NCBI GenBank assembly: GCA_963693365.1
Contig: CAVNZM010000007.1
Coordinates: 6,507,962-6,571,961 of the forward strand
Reading direction: 5' to 3'
DNA from: Amoebidium appalachense
Taxonomy: Eukaryota; Protista; Ichthyosporea
Length of the DNA: 64,000 nt
Part shown: piece after piece, positions 22,975-34,950 of the stretch
Numbering within the stretch: position 1 is the stretch's first letter
How the letters are laid out: each line of letters opens with the position of its first letter
Program-made: the position numbers and the translations under genes
The notes under the pieces: model-generated
Seen by the model: only the letters and a program-made list of their open reading frames with translations
Told to the model about the DNA's origin: nothing
Databases searched by the model: none

Positions 22975-25900
22975 TGTCATCTTCACTTGATTCTCAGCAA
23001 GACTTAGAAGTTGAGTTTTGTATTTATTTATTAGTTGTTGTAGTTTGTTTCCTTTTCCTTTCTTCATTTCTTTCTTTCCTTTCCGTTTCCATGTACACGA
23101 CATCTTAGATCTGTGTACGTATCGACATACTTAGCTCGCGCACACGTATTATAATTGTCGTTTGTGTCAAAATCTATATATGTCCTCCAATCATATCTCG
23201 TTTGTATTTTCCCAAATATAGTAACTTACATTCCTTTCTCATTCCTTTCCCACGACGTAGCATTGTGCTATGTTCTTCAACTATTAGGAATTATTATAAT
23301 TATATTTAGACGTGTTATGATAAGAACATGTATAAATGTATGTTATGAATTAACAGTTATATAAGTGGTTTCATTTTGTTAAATGTTTCCGTGCCTTTAT
23401 TAGAAGTTTCTTTCATTAGAGGATTGAGTTTTATATTCTATGTGTCGACAGACATTTTAATCGATATATTTTACACTCATAGTTTTCGTCCTTTTGATTG
23501 GTTTATCGTTTCACATTCCCAAGTATAAAAGGGATTTCATCTTGAAATAAATCATAAGCAGTCGTATTCATTTCCTATGGTTCCAGAAATCGTCCCTCCT
23601 CTCCGGTTGTGTTTTTCCCGTGTGTCTCTGTGTTGTGTATATCATAACACCCATCTGTGCTCTCTGCTTCTCCGTTTACCCACACAAAACAACAGGTTTA
23701 CGGCCCCTTTGCACGCTAACACACAATCTCTCTACAACCGCGAAATCTCTAAGTCTTACTGCTTCAATCATGACTGACAAACCGTCGTATATCAACCTTC
23801 CAATATGGAATCCGTCCGAGAAACGAGACGAGAAACGTCTTAATTATTTCGAGTGGGAGCCACTCATTCACCGGTTCATTAGAACAACCATTGCCGAGAA
23901 ATTCGTTGACGCTATCAAGAGGCCACAGTGGGTTGACGGCGCTGAAGCCAACCAGTGGCTAGGCTACACCACCAAGGACTCCTACAAGAAAGCTTCCGAC
24001 GTCCTCGACCAGATCCTCAACCAGTCCGTCCACCCGACCGAGCTCTACGACTCCGGCCGGATGCAAGACGGTGTCCACGGTGGTGAAGTCTTCCACAACC
24101 TACGTATGGCGTATGTAGCAGAGAAGGAGGCCCGAGGCACCCAGATTCAAGTCACCTTCGAGGAGCTTGAACTACGAGACTACCCCAACGTCACAGCATA
24201 CCTCACCCGTCTCCAACGTCTGGCCACGACACTTGCCTGCCTCGACGAGCCCGTCCAGCACAAGGATGTCGTACGTAAGTTCTTCCTCCACCTCAGGAAG
24301 AACACGGCCCTGGTCTGCTCCGACATTGAACGTCTCTGCTCCGACTACTGGATGAACAACAAGGCCTACCCGTCCTTCAACATGCTCATCAGTGACATCC
24401 GAGGAGCTGAAATCCGTGCCGGCCTCATCGATGCAGGCACTGGTGCAACCGTCAACAACCGTCCCCTCCGTGCACTCCAGAGCAGAGTGCTTCCTCCCGG
24501 TGACCTCCGTAACCGTATTCCTCGACGTGAGCATACACCTCACCGATCCCCGTCCCGTTCCCGTGATCCTCGTCCTTCCTCCAAGTCACCCGGCCCCCGT
24601 TCAACTTCCCCTTACCACCGTGGTAACAGGGACAACCGTAACCGACAGCACAACACCAAGAAGGTGGAGTGTTCCTACTGCCATGAGCCCCACCACATCA
24701 CAGCATGCCCGGAGCCTGGCTGTACAGTTGCTCGTCGTGCCAAGCAGGAGAAAGGCGACAAGAGTGTGAAATTTGCACTCATCTCCTCCACCGGCACACC
24801 TGACAGTAACGACCCCGTCTGGGACAGTGCTTGTAATGCACACATCTGCCCCATCAAGGAGTATTTCTCCTCCCTTACCCCGTGTCCTCCCACCCCCATT
24901 CACGACCTCGGCACCGTCAATGCCAAACAACGTGGCATCATCAACATGACACTGCACTACAACGGCCACCCAACACCGTGCAGCATCAATGCTTACTACG
25001 TACCCGAGGCACCGTCTTTCCTCGTGTCTACCTCCATGGCCTCAGCTGCCGGCCTCCTAGGTCATTGTGACGATACAGACAACCACCCGTCGTTCCTCTA
25101 CAGCCGTAATGGTGACATCATTTCAGATCTCACCCCCCTCGACGGTCTCTAGTACTACATCACTGACTATGTGATTGAGACTCCTAAACACCCGGGGGTC
25201 CAAGCCTACACAGCAAGGACTCAACCACCCGCCGACCTCACCCTTTGGCACAACCGTCTCGGCCACCGTGCCCTCTCCACCGTCACCAGGATGGCCAAGG
25301 ATGAGCTTGTCATCGGCATGCCCCCCTCCCTCAAGTCACCCGACAACAGTGACTGCTTCGGCTGCATGTCTGGCAAGACCACCAAGGCCCCCTTTCCCGG
25401 CACCCGTTCCAAATTCACCATTCCCGGTGCTAAGTGGCACCTGGACTTCTTCGAAGCTCCCTGTGCTTCCTACGGAGGCTACAAGGTTGCTCTGGTGTGT
25501 GTTTGTGATGCCACCGGTTACACCACCGTGTTCCCCCTCTACAACCGTGGTGAAACCCTCAGCCACATTCAGTCTCTCGTTGAAACCATCGAACGTCAGA
25601 CACCTGAGATCGTCACCCATCTTCGGTTTGACTCCGGCTCTGAGTTCACCTCCAAGGACACCGAGGCCTACTGCAAGCAGAAAGGCATCATCATGGAGTT
25701 TGCCCCCGTCGACACACCACAACACAACGGTGTTGTTGAACGGAAGATGAGAGAACTGCAAGAGACAGTCCGTTGCTTCCTCCATGCCGACAAGGACCAA
25801 CCTCTCTCTCCCAAGTTGTGGGTTGCTGCTCTCAAGCATGCAGGCTACATCATCAACGTCACACCGTCATCTGCTGCCAACGGCAACACTCCCTTCGAGG

Positions 25901-28157
25901 CCTTCCACGGCTTCAAACCCGACGTCTCCCAGCTCCACGTGTTCGGCTCCCCTGCCTATGTGCATGTTCCCCGGTCAAAGAGGAACAAGCTGGCATCAAC
26001 CGTCAGAGTCGGCACCTGCGTCGGCTGGGACCTACCCTCCAAGGCACACAAGATCCTCGACCATGCCAGCAACCAAATCAAGATCTGCCGTGATGTGATC
26101 TTCGACGAGTCGAAATTCACGAGCAGCACCAATCAGGTCTCCGTTCCCCCCAAACCCGATCTGCCGACATTGGACCCCCCCTCCGACGACGACGATGAAA
26201 CTCCGTCTGTGGTCATCTCCCAACCGTCCTGGCACAACCAACCAGCCCCGGTTGAACCCGTGCCTCCCCCGAGCCCCCCCCCCCACTGGCCAACAACCCT
26301 TGCTGCCGGCCCCCCCCATTGCTGTGCATCAACCCGGCTACATGACTCCGGTTCGTCCTGGGTCCCCCACCTTCCACTCGGCCTCGAGCAGCCCTGTGGA
26401 CACCGATGCCCCCCTCACCACCGGTCCTATTCCTGGCTTCCATGCCCCTATCCCGGCCTCCACCACCTACCCGGCCACCACCCCCCTCAAGGACCCCCCC
26501 AAGCCCAACCTTCGTCGGTCTACACGTCTCACCAAGACTCCAACGGCACTGGTCAGCATCATAGCACCGACCATCAACATTGACCAGCTCCCCAAGGGCA
26601 TTCAAAAGCTTTGCAACGGTCCCAACGGTGATGCCGTCATAGCTGCCCTCACCTCCGAGTACCAAGCCTTCATCACCAAGGATGTCTTCACCATTGTTGA
26701 TCCCCCCCCTGGTGCCAACATCATCAAGTTCAAGTGCATTGTGACTGAGAAAGTCCTCAACTCAGCCGGTGACACCAAGATCAAAGCTCGTGGTGTTGCA
26801 AAGGGCTTCACTCAAGTCTACGGCCCGCTGGTGTTGACTACGGTGACACCTCTTCCCCCGTGGTGATGTCCTCCTCCGTCCGCGCCCTCCTTGCCATCGG
26901 TGTGGACGGCAACCATGAGATTCATCAACTCGACGTCTCAACTGCCTTCCTCAACAGTCCTCTTCAAGAAGACATCTACATTGAGCCACCACCTGGCTTC
27001 ATCACCCCCGGCAACGAACACAAGGTCTGGAAACTTAAGAAGGCACTCTACGGCCTCAAGCAAGCATCACTGGCCTGGTATGAGTACTTCGACAAGGTCC
27101 TCCTTGCCCACGGTCTTGAACGTCTCCGTTCAGATCCATGTGTCTACATCAAGACCTTCCCCAACGGTGACATCATCCTCACTGGCAACTATGTGGACGA
27201 CGTCATCATCATCTGCACGGCCAACTCTTCCCACACCAAGGATCTAGTAGACCACATCATGAAGTCAGCAGGCTGTCTGCAAGGTTGACCTTCCCGACAT
27301 CTTCCTTGGCACCCAGCTCATCCACACCCCCGGTCACCTCAAGCTGCTTCAACAATCCTACATCAACGACATCGTCAGAGACTTCAACCTCAACGATGCC
27401 CACCCCAAGGCTACTCCCATTCCCGTCGGCACCGTCATCACCATCAACGAAAACGACTCACCACCCATCAAGGTTCCCTACCGTGAACTACTCGGCCGTC
27501 TTTTGTGGGTTGCTCGTTGTTCCCGGCCCGACATCTCCTTTGCCATCGGCTACCTCGGTAGATTCAGTGCCAACCCCACCAAACTTGCATGGGAATGTCT
27601 ACTCCGTGTAGTTCGGTACCTCATTGGCACTTCCAACCTCGGCCTTCACTACGACAAGTCTGCATCCGACGACAACATCCCCTTGCTGGAGTGTAATTCT
27701 GATGCTGACTTTACCAACTGCCCCAACACCCGTCGTTCAACCACCGGATACGTCATCTTCTTTAAGGGCATACCCATCACATGGTATTCGAGGCTGCAGT
27801 CCATCACGGCAACATCCACCACTGGCACCGAGGCTGAACTTCTAGCCATCAATGCTGCTGTTCAAAACGTCATCTGGCACCGTGATCTCCTCCGTGAACT
27901 CGGCTACCCGATGACCGACCCCACCCCCGTCTACTGTGACAACCAGTCCACCATTGCCCTCCTGCACACCAACAGCATCAAGCACCGGACCAAACACATT
28001 GCAGTCCGGTACCACAACACGAAGGACTACATCAAGAGTGGGGATGTGGTCGTCACCTACGTGTCCAGCAAAGACAACGTGGCTGACATCTTCACCAAGC
28101 CCCTGCCCGGGCCCTCCCACGAGCAGCACCGTGATTCACTCAGTCTTCATGACTGAG

Positions 28158-28203
<46 letters not shown>

Positions 28204-29444
28204 TTTCATCTACAGTGGTCTTCAAGTAGGTTGGGGCACTGGCCAGTGGTCTACACATCACCGTGTAGAGACGCCTCCCAACGAAAGTCTACTGCTGTCT
28301 TCATCGATCTTCAGTGTGTGCATCTTCAGTGGGGATTTCTTCTCCACCATCCGTCGTTTATTTATATACCATCATATATATAATGTATAAATCATTAGCC
28401 ACCAACACGTCACACATACACTAGTTGTTTCTCCTATATATATATTTATATATCGTCATTGGCTACCGTCATCTTCCGAGTCTTCAGAGGCAACCGTCGT
28501 TGTGTGCTTCTTCCGTTTTGGTTTTCTTCCCCGGCTTGCACCTCCAAGTCTTCTCCAATTGTCTTCTCGAGTGGGGAAACTTGACTGTGACTTCACGGCA
28601 CCTGCTTCTTCATGTGTGAGAGTCTTTACATCAACAGTCACATCAACAAACTTCACGAGAACCCAACTTCCAACCCTTGAGTGGGGATGTCATCTTCACT
28701 TGATTCTCAGCAAGACTTAGAAGTTGAGTTTTGTATTTATTTATTAGTTGTTGTAGTTTGTTTCCTTTTCCTTTCTTCATTTCTTTCTTTCCTTTCCGTT
28801 TCCATGTACACGACATCTTAGATCTGTGTACGTATCGACATACTTAGCTCGCGCACACGTATTGTCGTTTGTGTCAAAATCTATATATGTCCTCCAATCA
28901 TATCTCGTTTGTATTTTCCCAAATATAGTAACTTACATTCCTTTCTCATTCCTTTCCCACGACGTAGCATTGTGCTATGTTCTTCAACTATTAGGAATAA
29001 TTATATTTAGACGTGTTATGATAAGAACATGTATAAATGTATGTTATGAATTAATAGTTATATAAGTGGTTTCATTTTGTTAAATGTTTCCGTGCTTTTA
29101 TTAGAAGTTTCTTTCATTAGAGGATTGAGTTTTATATTCTATGTGTCGACAGGCATTTTAATCGATATATTTTACACTCATAGTTTTCGTCCTTTTGATT
29201 GGTTTATCGTTTCACATTCCCAAGTATAAAAGGGATTTCATCTTGAAATAAATCATAAGCAGTCGTATTCATTTCCTATGGTTCCAGAAATCGTCCCTCC
29301 TCTCCGGTTGTGTTTTTCCCGTGTGTCTCTGTGTTGTGTATATCATAACACCCATCTGTGCTCTCTGCTTCTCCGTTTACCCACACAAAACAACAGGTTA
29401 TGGGCCCAGCACGCTTCCACTGCGCTTACCCACACAAAACAACA
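22975..29444 (+). mobile_element. Ty1/Copia LTR retrotransposon (half-tRNAiMet-primed type)
   Basis: LTRs 22975-23694 and 28688-29395 (TGTCATC...CAACA), PPT TGAGTGGGGA, GGGGG on both flanks, and an extra 49 nt at the 3' end (see findings). Confidence 0.95.
23770..28156 (+). pseudogene. Copia gag-PR-IN-RT-RH polyprotein, disrupted
   Basis: CSYCHEPHHITAC, WDSACNAH, LWHNRLGH, FDSGSEF, PQHNGVVER, HQLDVSTAFLN, LYGLKQA, YVDD, SDAD, RTKHI, ADIFTKPL. In-frame stop at 25150-25152 plus several frameshifts. Confidence 0.93.
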
Positions 29445-30161
29445 GGGGGAGGGGGGGGGGGGGGGGGGAGAGGGGGTGACGAGGCTTTTTTTCCTTTGGT
29501 TTTCTGTTTCTTTCTTTCTTTCTTTCTTTTTTTTTCCTTCTCCCGTTTTCTGATTGAAAAGTTTTTCTGCAATTAGGCGCCACACCGTGAAGTTCATGTG
29601 CCCCGCCACCCCCACATACGTGCACACTTTATAATTTAAGTTATAGTAGCCTGCATCTGTTCCCTAGTAATACATCCAGACATACATACACACGTACAAG
29701 CTTAAGGTTTTCTCCCTTTATAGAAGAAATTTTGACAAGCACAGGCTTTCAAGTTAAAACTAGTGATGAGCCATTAGTCTACAGCTGGCTCTGAAATAAG
29801 TTTAATAATTTAATTTTAATTTTTAAATAAACATTGTTTTTTCTATGTAGCTGATCGTCAATAATAAATGAACCTTGGTTGGATGTCCTGTGTAGTAGCA
29901 TGACCTGAGAGCATCTGTAACTCCCGGATTTATTATATCTATATGGAGTTCCTATGTTGTCTATGCTTGCTCGCCTTGGCGGCGGTGCAATAATAACATA
30001 CATATTGCAAGTACAGTTGTGTTTGAAGACTTACACGTTGCCCCCCCCCCCCCCCCCCCCCTCCCCCCGCGCGCGCGCGGGAGGCGGTGATGATGGTTGT
30101 GTGTGTGTGTGTGTGTGTAAGTGGTGGTGGTGGTGGTGGTGGTGGTGAGGTGTGTGTGTGT

Positions 30162-30200
<39 letters not shown>

Positions 30201-30533
30201 GATAAATTTAAGATTGTGTAGGCTAGGGGAGGCTAGGGGTCCAAAAATTAAGATTCCAGCTGGCTAGACCCAAAATTCACGTAATCTTAAACATGGTCGA
30301 GTCCTGTAGTGATTCTGAGGGTGAGTCCTGCAGCGAGGACACACTTTCTGACTAATTTTTTGTAAATATATATTATTAATTAATAAGTATGTATATATTT
30401 AATTGATTTAAACTGATGCCTAATTGGGGTGTGACCTGTGCTGGTCACAGGTTCACACCCCACAAAAAGTCTCGTTCCTCTGCATCATAAAAAGCGGCCG
30501 TGCCACCAAGCCCCCCCCCCCCCCCCCCCCCCC

Positions 30534-30637
30534 TGTCATCTACACATGGATAACGGCAAGAACTTAGCTGAAGTTGAGTAATACATATGTTTATTAGTTT
30601 GTTGTTGTTCGTTTCCTTTTCCCTTTTCCTTTCTTTC
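30534..30637 (+). mobile_element. Truncated 5' fragment of a diverged LTR of the same Copia family
   Basis: TGTCATC...GCAAGAACTTAG..GAAGTTGAGT...TTTATTAGTT...GTTTCCTTTTCC aligns with the start of the LTR at 22975. Confidence 0.65.
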
Positions 30638-33600
30638 AGACAAATACCACAGTGACATTCAGCCAATCACAACACTCCCTCCCCCACAGGCTACACGCAC
30701 TCCACACCATTGGCTACCGCCACCTCAGACACCCCTACCGCGGCACTACAACACGTACACACCTTTACTCACAATACATATAAGCATACACACACGCGAG
30801 CAGGCAACATGGGTCTCGCCAAGCACACAGCAAGAAGCAATACAACATTTAACATGGAGAGTACGCAGAGGCATGGGGCATGCACGCGCGCACCAAACAA
30901 TCAGCCGCCGCTGCATCAGATTCTCCCCATATCCGTCACTGAATAACTTATTGAATATCCTCATACTCCACTTAGACCCCGGCATCACTATGCAAGAAAA
31001 CCCCCGAAATTCACTCACCAAAACACAAAACATATAAGCAAACTGATACGAATCAGCTCAGCACATGGCAACTCCCCCCTCGCACAGAAAATAACTGAGT
31101 TCCACCTCAGTAAAAACTACCGAAAAACAAAACAGAGTTATGTGCTGAGCGACTACAACTACCGCTACCCATGCAGGAAGCAACATTTAACATATAACAT
31201 AAAACATATACATGCATCCACGCACCACCCCAGCATGGTTAGTACCCAACCCAACCCCAAAACAAGGATAATTATGAACCGCCACTGACGTTGCCCTGTA
31301 GATGCACCTCTGCATGTGCTGTTGTCTGTGTTTGCTTGTGCTCTTGCGAAGCTGCTTTTGGTTGTGCAACTGAAGATCGAAAATCCCGCGGGTGGCTTAT
31401 TATCTTTGTTTTCTTTCCAAATGAGTAGAAGGCCACAACCTGCACCCAAAACCCCATGCCCCTGGCACAATGTTATATCGAGTGGAACATAGCAACAGAC
31501 ATAAGACCAGACGCCATCCATACAACCACAGTCAGCATGCCCCATCCACAAAGAATTCCTAACACAACCAAACATGCCGTGACGAACACCTCCAGACTCA
31601 TGTGACGTACACTGCCTCCAGACTCTCTTGCTGGCCATTCCTCTACCCGACAAACTTTGAAGACTCCTACTACGGAGGTCCCGGTGGTTTGGGAATGCCT
31701 CCGCCCCAACCGTGCCCTACCCAGCGGTGTGTCTAAGGCCTACTGCTGCACTGGGCACCACAACACTACTCAACAACACTACGGGCAGCCACTCCAAAGG
31801 GCCTCAACACCAGGCCCAGGGCAACCACTCCAAGGGGCCTCAGCACCAGGCCCTTTGACGACGGGGGTTCACAACAGTGGGGGCCTGGCAGCCACTGCCA
31901 TGACTACACCTCGACCCCCCCCCCGCCCAGCCCCCTCGTCAGAGGGCCGAGCTCCCAGACAGCAGCAGGACTTTCTATTCCACAGTGACTGACCCTAACC
32001 ACACACGTCGCCAACACAGGACTCATACACACGTCGAAAACGCCAGGCACCAGTAAGAAACTCGCCGAAAAATAACACCACACAACTCCCATACAAACAA
32101 CAACCCAAGAGACGGCCTACCCCATAATAAAACCTTCATACCAGCAACACGGTCACCGACATCCCTGCCCCCCACGACGGGGCTGTTTACACCACGCGTT
32201 GCCCCCGCTCCTTGCAGTTGTCGCAGGTGCCTGGGAAAGAGCCTGGCGCCGGCTCTAACTGTCCCGCCCAAAGACGCCAGCCTGGCCCATCTGTTATCCC
32301 GTTGTGGCCGTGGCTGGTAGGGCTGGTAGCGCCGTGGGGAGGGTGACCGCCGCCGGTCCCCTCTGAGGCCTCTGCTGGGCAAACGGCCCTGAGCTTGCTA
32401 AGCCACCTAGGGAGGTCAAGGTCCTTAGCGAGGACTAGTAAGTCCCCTGTGATACTAGTCCTACTGCTCATCTTGCCTATGCCAACTGTTGCTAGCTGTA
32501 GGTCTGTGTGTGCGTATGTTTCTTCTACTACCTCTAACCGTCGAAAAAGTCCTAAGTTAAAACCACTCATAACCGGTAGTCTTGAGAGGAAAAAAAAACT
32601 AGGGGTGAAAGCAACAGCCCAGAAGGACTAACAGTGCGTGTGCCCCCTCCCTGCAAAAAACTGCAGAGAAAGGGGGTGTAGCTTGTCGTGTTACGCCCTC
32701 GCGTGTATACGAACTACTATAACTAACTGCACGCTTAAAGGGGCTTGAAACTGTGTATACGTATAAACTTTTCTTTGAGTTGGGTGGGAAGCGAGCCCAA
32801 CGTGTTCTCAGAAGAACTTCGAAAAGCCCGCGACCCCGCGAGACACTTCACAGTGTTGTAATACGTAGTATTTACATATGGTAAGATCTTCTCAGTTTGT
32901 GTTATGTTTCAGTTCATATGCTTAGTGTAAAAGCTACACTCCTATTACGTAAAGTGTAGCATCGATCTCCGATATGCTTGTATACTTGTAATCGTGTTGT
33001 ATCGGCTTTAATCGTGTGTTGTAATATCGATTAGAATATTTATATGTGTGTACACGGAACCACCCACTCAGGGAGAGACGTGTACATGTTCGTGTGTACA
33101 TAAATATCTCTGGTTATAGTTATGCTATTACTATCTTGTTTGTTGATCTGTGCTCTCTTTTCCTTCCTCTTTCTCCTTCCTTATTTTCTTTTCTTTCTCT
33201 CTTTGTCTTCATGTGTATAATCGTATTTCTTTTCTACTAATATATGTTAGGTAGATTTGTGTTACTTAATACGTGTTCATTGGACGGTAACACACTTAGG
33301 CTACACTTAGAATAGCATGTGTGTTTAGACTTCATTAATTTACTTTAGTTTTCATGTGTTGCCGGGCTTTAACCAATCATCAAGGTTATGTGTGATATGT
33401 CTGAGTCTTTGCAGTATGTCATAGGTTAGAACTTCCTTGATGATGACACGAGTTGACCTTAACTAGTGTCTGTGTCCTATCGTGTGCGTCTCCGCGTACC
33501 GGATCTCTCTGAAAGCAATTGGTTCTTAGTGATTGGTTTCTATTAGAGATAGATCTGATTTCCGACTGGTCGGAAATCATGTATGGATTGGACTTAGAGG

Positions 33601-34307
33601 AATTTCAGGTATTTATTCGAAGATCAGAATAAATTCAGTTCAGTCGTGTCTAAACATTGATGTCTGTTGTGTACACTGCTCCGATCGTTCCGTATTTTGT
33701 TGTTGTGTGTGTCTGTGGTGTTTTCACACTGCACCACTGTGTCTCTGCTTCCATCCCAAATACTTATACAATTTAACACACAGACATGCGGCCCACTGGC
33801 CAGACAAATACCACAGTGACATTCAGCCAATCACAACACTCCCTCCCCCACAGGCTACACGCACTCCACACCATTGGCTACCGCCACCTCAGACACCCCT
33901 ACCGCACTACAACACGTACACACCCATTACAACAGGCTACACGCACTCCACACCATTGGCTACCGCCACCTCACTGGCAGACACTCCTACCGCACTACAA
34001 CACGTACACACCTTTACTCACAATACATATAAGCATACACACACGCGAGCAGGCAACATGGGTCTCGCCAAGCACACAGCAAGAAGCAATACAACATCTA
34101 ACATGGAGAGTACGCAGAGGCAATGGGGCATGCACGCGCGCACCAAACAATCAGCCGCCGCTGCATCAGATTCTCCCCATACCACTGATTAATCTTCTCA
34201 TACTCCACTTAGACCCCGGCATCACTATGCAAGAAAACCCCCGAAATGCACTCACCAAAACACAAAATATAGAAGCAAACTAATACGAATCAGCTCAGCA
34301 CATGACA
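30638..34307 (-). mobile_element. Non-autonomous Gypsy-like LTR element (G2) with only a degenerate gag
   Basis: 5' LTR 34307-32684 (TGTCATG...ACGACA, interrupted by a solo LTR); truncated 3' LTR 31070-30638; PPT AGGGGGGAGT at 31080-31071; gag remnant 32570-32187 with CDNCKERG knuckle remnant. Confidence 0.75.
32854..33778. mobile_element. Solo LTR (Copia-like, TGTT...AACA)
   Basis: Flanked by CACAG at 32849-32853 and 33779-33783. AT-rich, and its 3' end resembles the Copia LTR U5 (TGTGTCTCTGCTTC). Confidence 0.8.
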
Positions 34308-34319
34308 CACTGGTAAACT

Positions 34320-34950
34320 TTAGGACTGTCTAATGGGATTCGGTTTACGCTATATGAAGGAAAAATTTCCAAACCCGTCGACGACGATGTAGACCGTCGG
34401 CTGAGTGGTGTACGACACCTTTAGGGATGACCGACAGTATTTGGACAGCCCAATAACAATAACCCTGTAACCACCCTTATGGATGGGTTTACAGCAACCA
34501 CAACTTTCGTGGTACTCCTAACCCCATACATTGGATGTACACTCTATGTCGTGCACACCTCCGGATCGACATCATAAGATGGTCTTGCTGCACCCCCTCG
34601 GAAGACTGTCTTAAGACGTCGGAAACAACCGTCGAATGGATGGGTTTACAATATCCATATGAACGTCCTCGACAACCATTACTGTTGTCGTAAACCCCCC
34701 TAGAGTACGACATCGTAACATGCTCTTCAAGTTGCGACACCCAACGTAAGACTGTCAATAGAAGTCTGAAAACCCGCCTAATGGATTGGTTTACAGTATC
34801 CATTTGAAGGTCCACGACACACCGTGTATGTCGTAAACACCTGCAAATTACGACATCGTTAGATGATATTATGATGCCCCATCGTAAGACTGTCATTAGA
34901 CGTCTGAAACCCTGCCTGATGGATGGGTTTACCGTATCGATAGGAAGGTC
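34320..34950. repeat. Degenerate ~140-155 bp tandem repeat (about 4 units)
   Basis: Recurring ATGGATGGGTTTAC, CGTAAGACTGTC and TACGACATCGT motifs at roughly regular spacing. Confidence 0.7.

Noticed and set aside
34320-34950. CRISPR-like repeat-spacer reading of the array
   Set aside because: The units are homologous along their whole length and degenerate; the context is eukaryotic with no cas genes.
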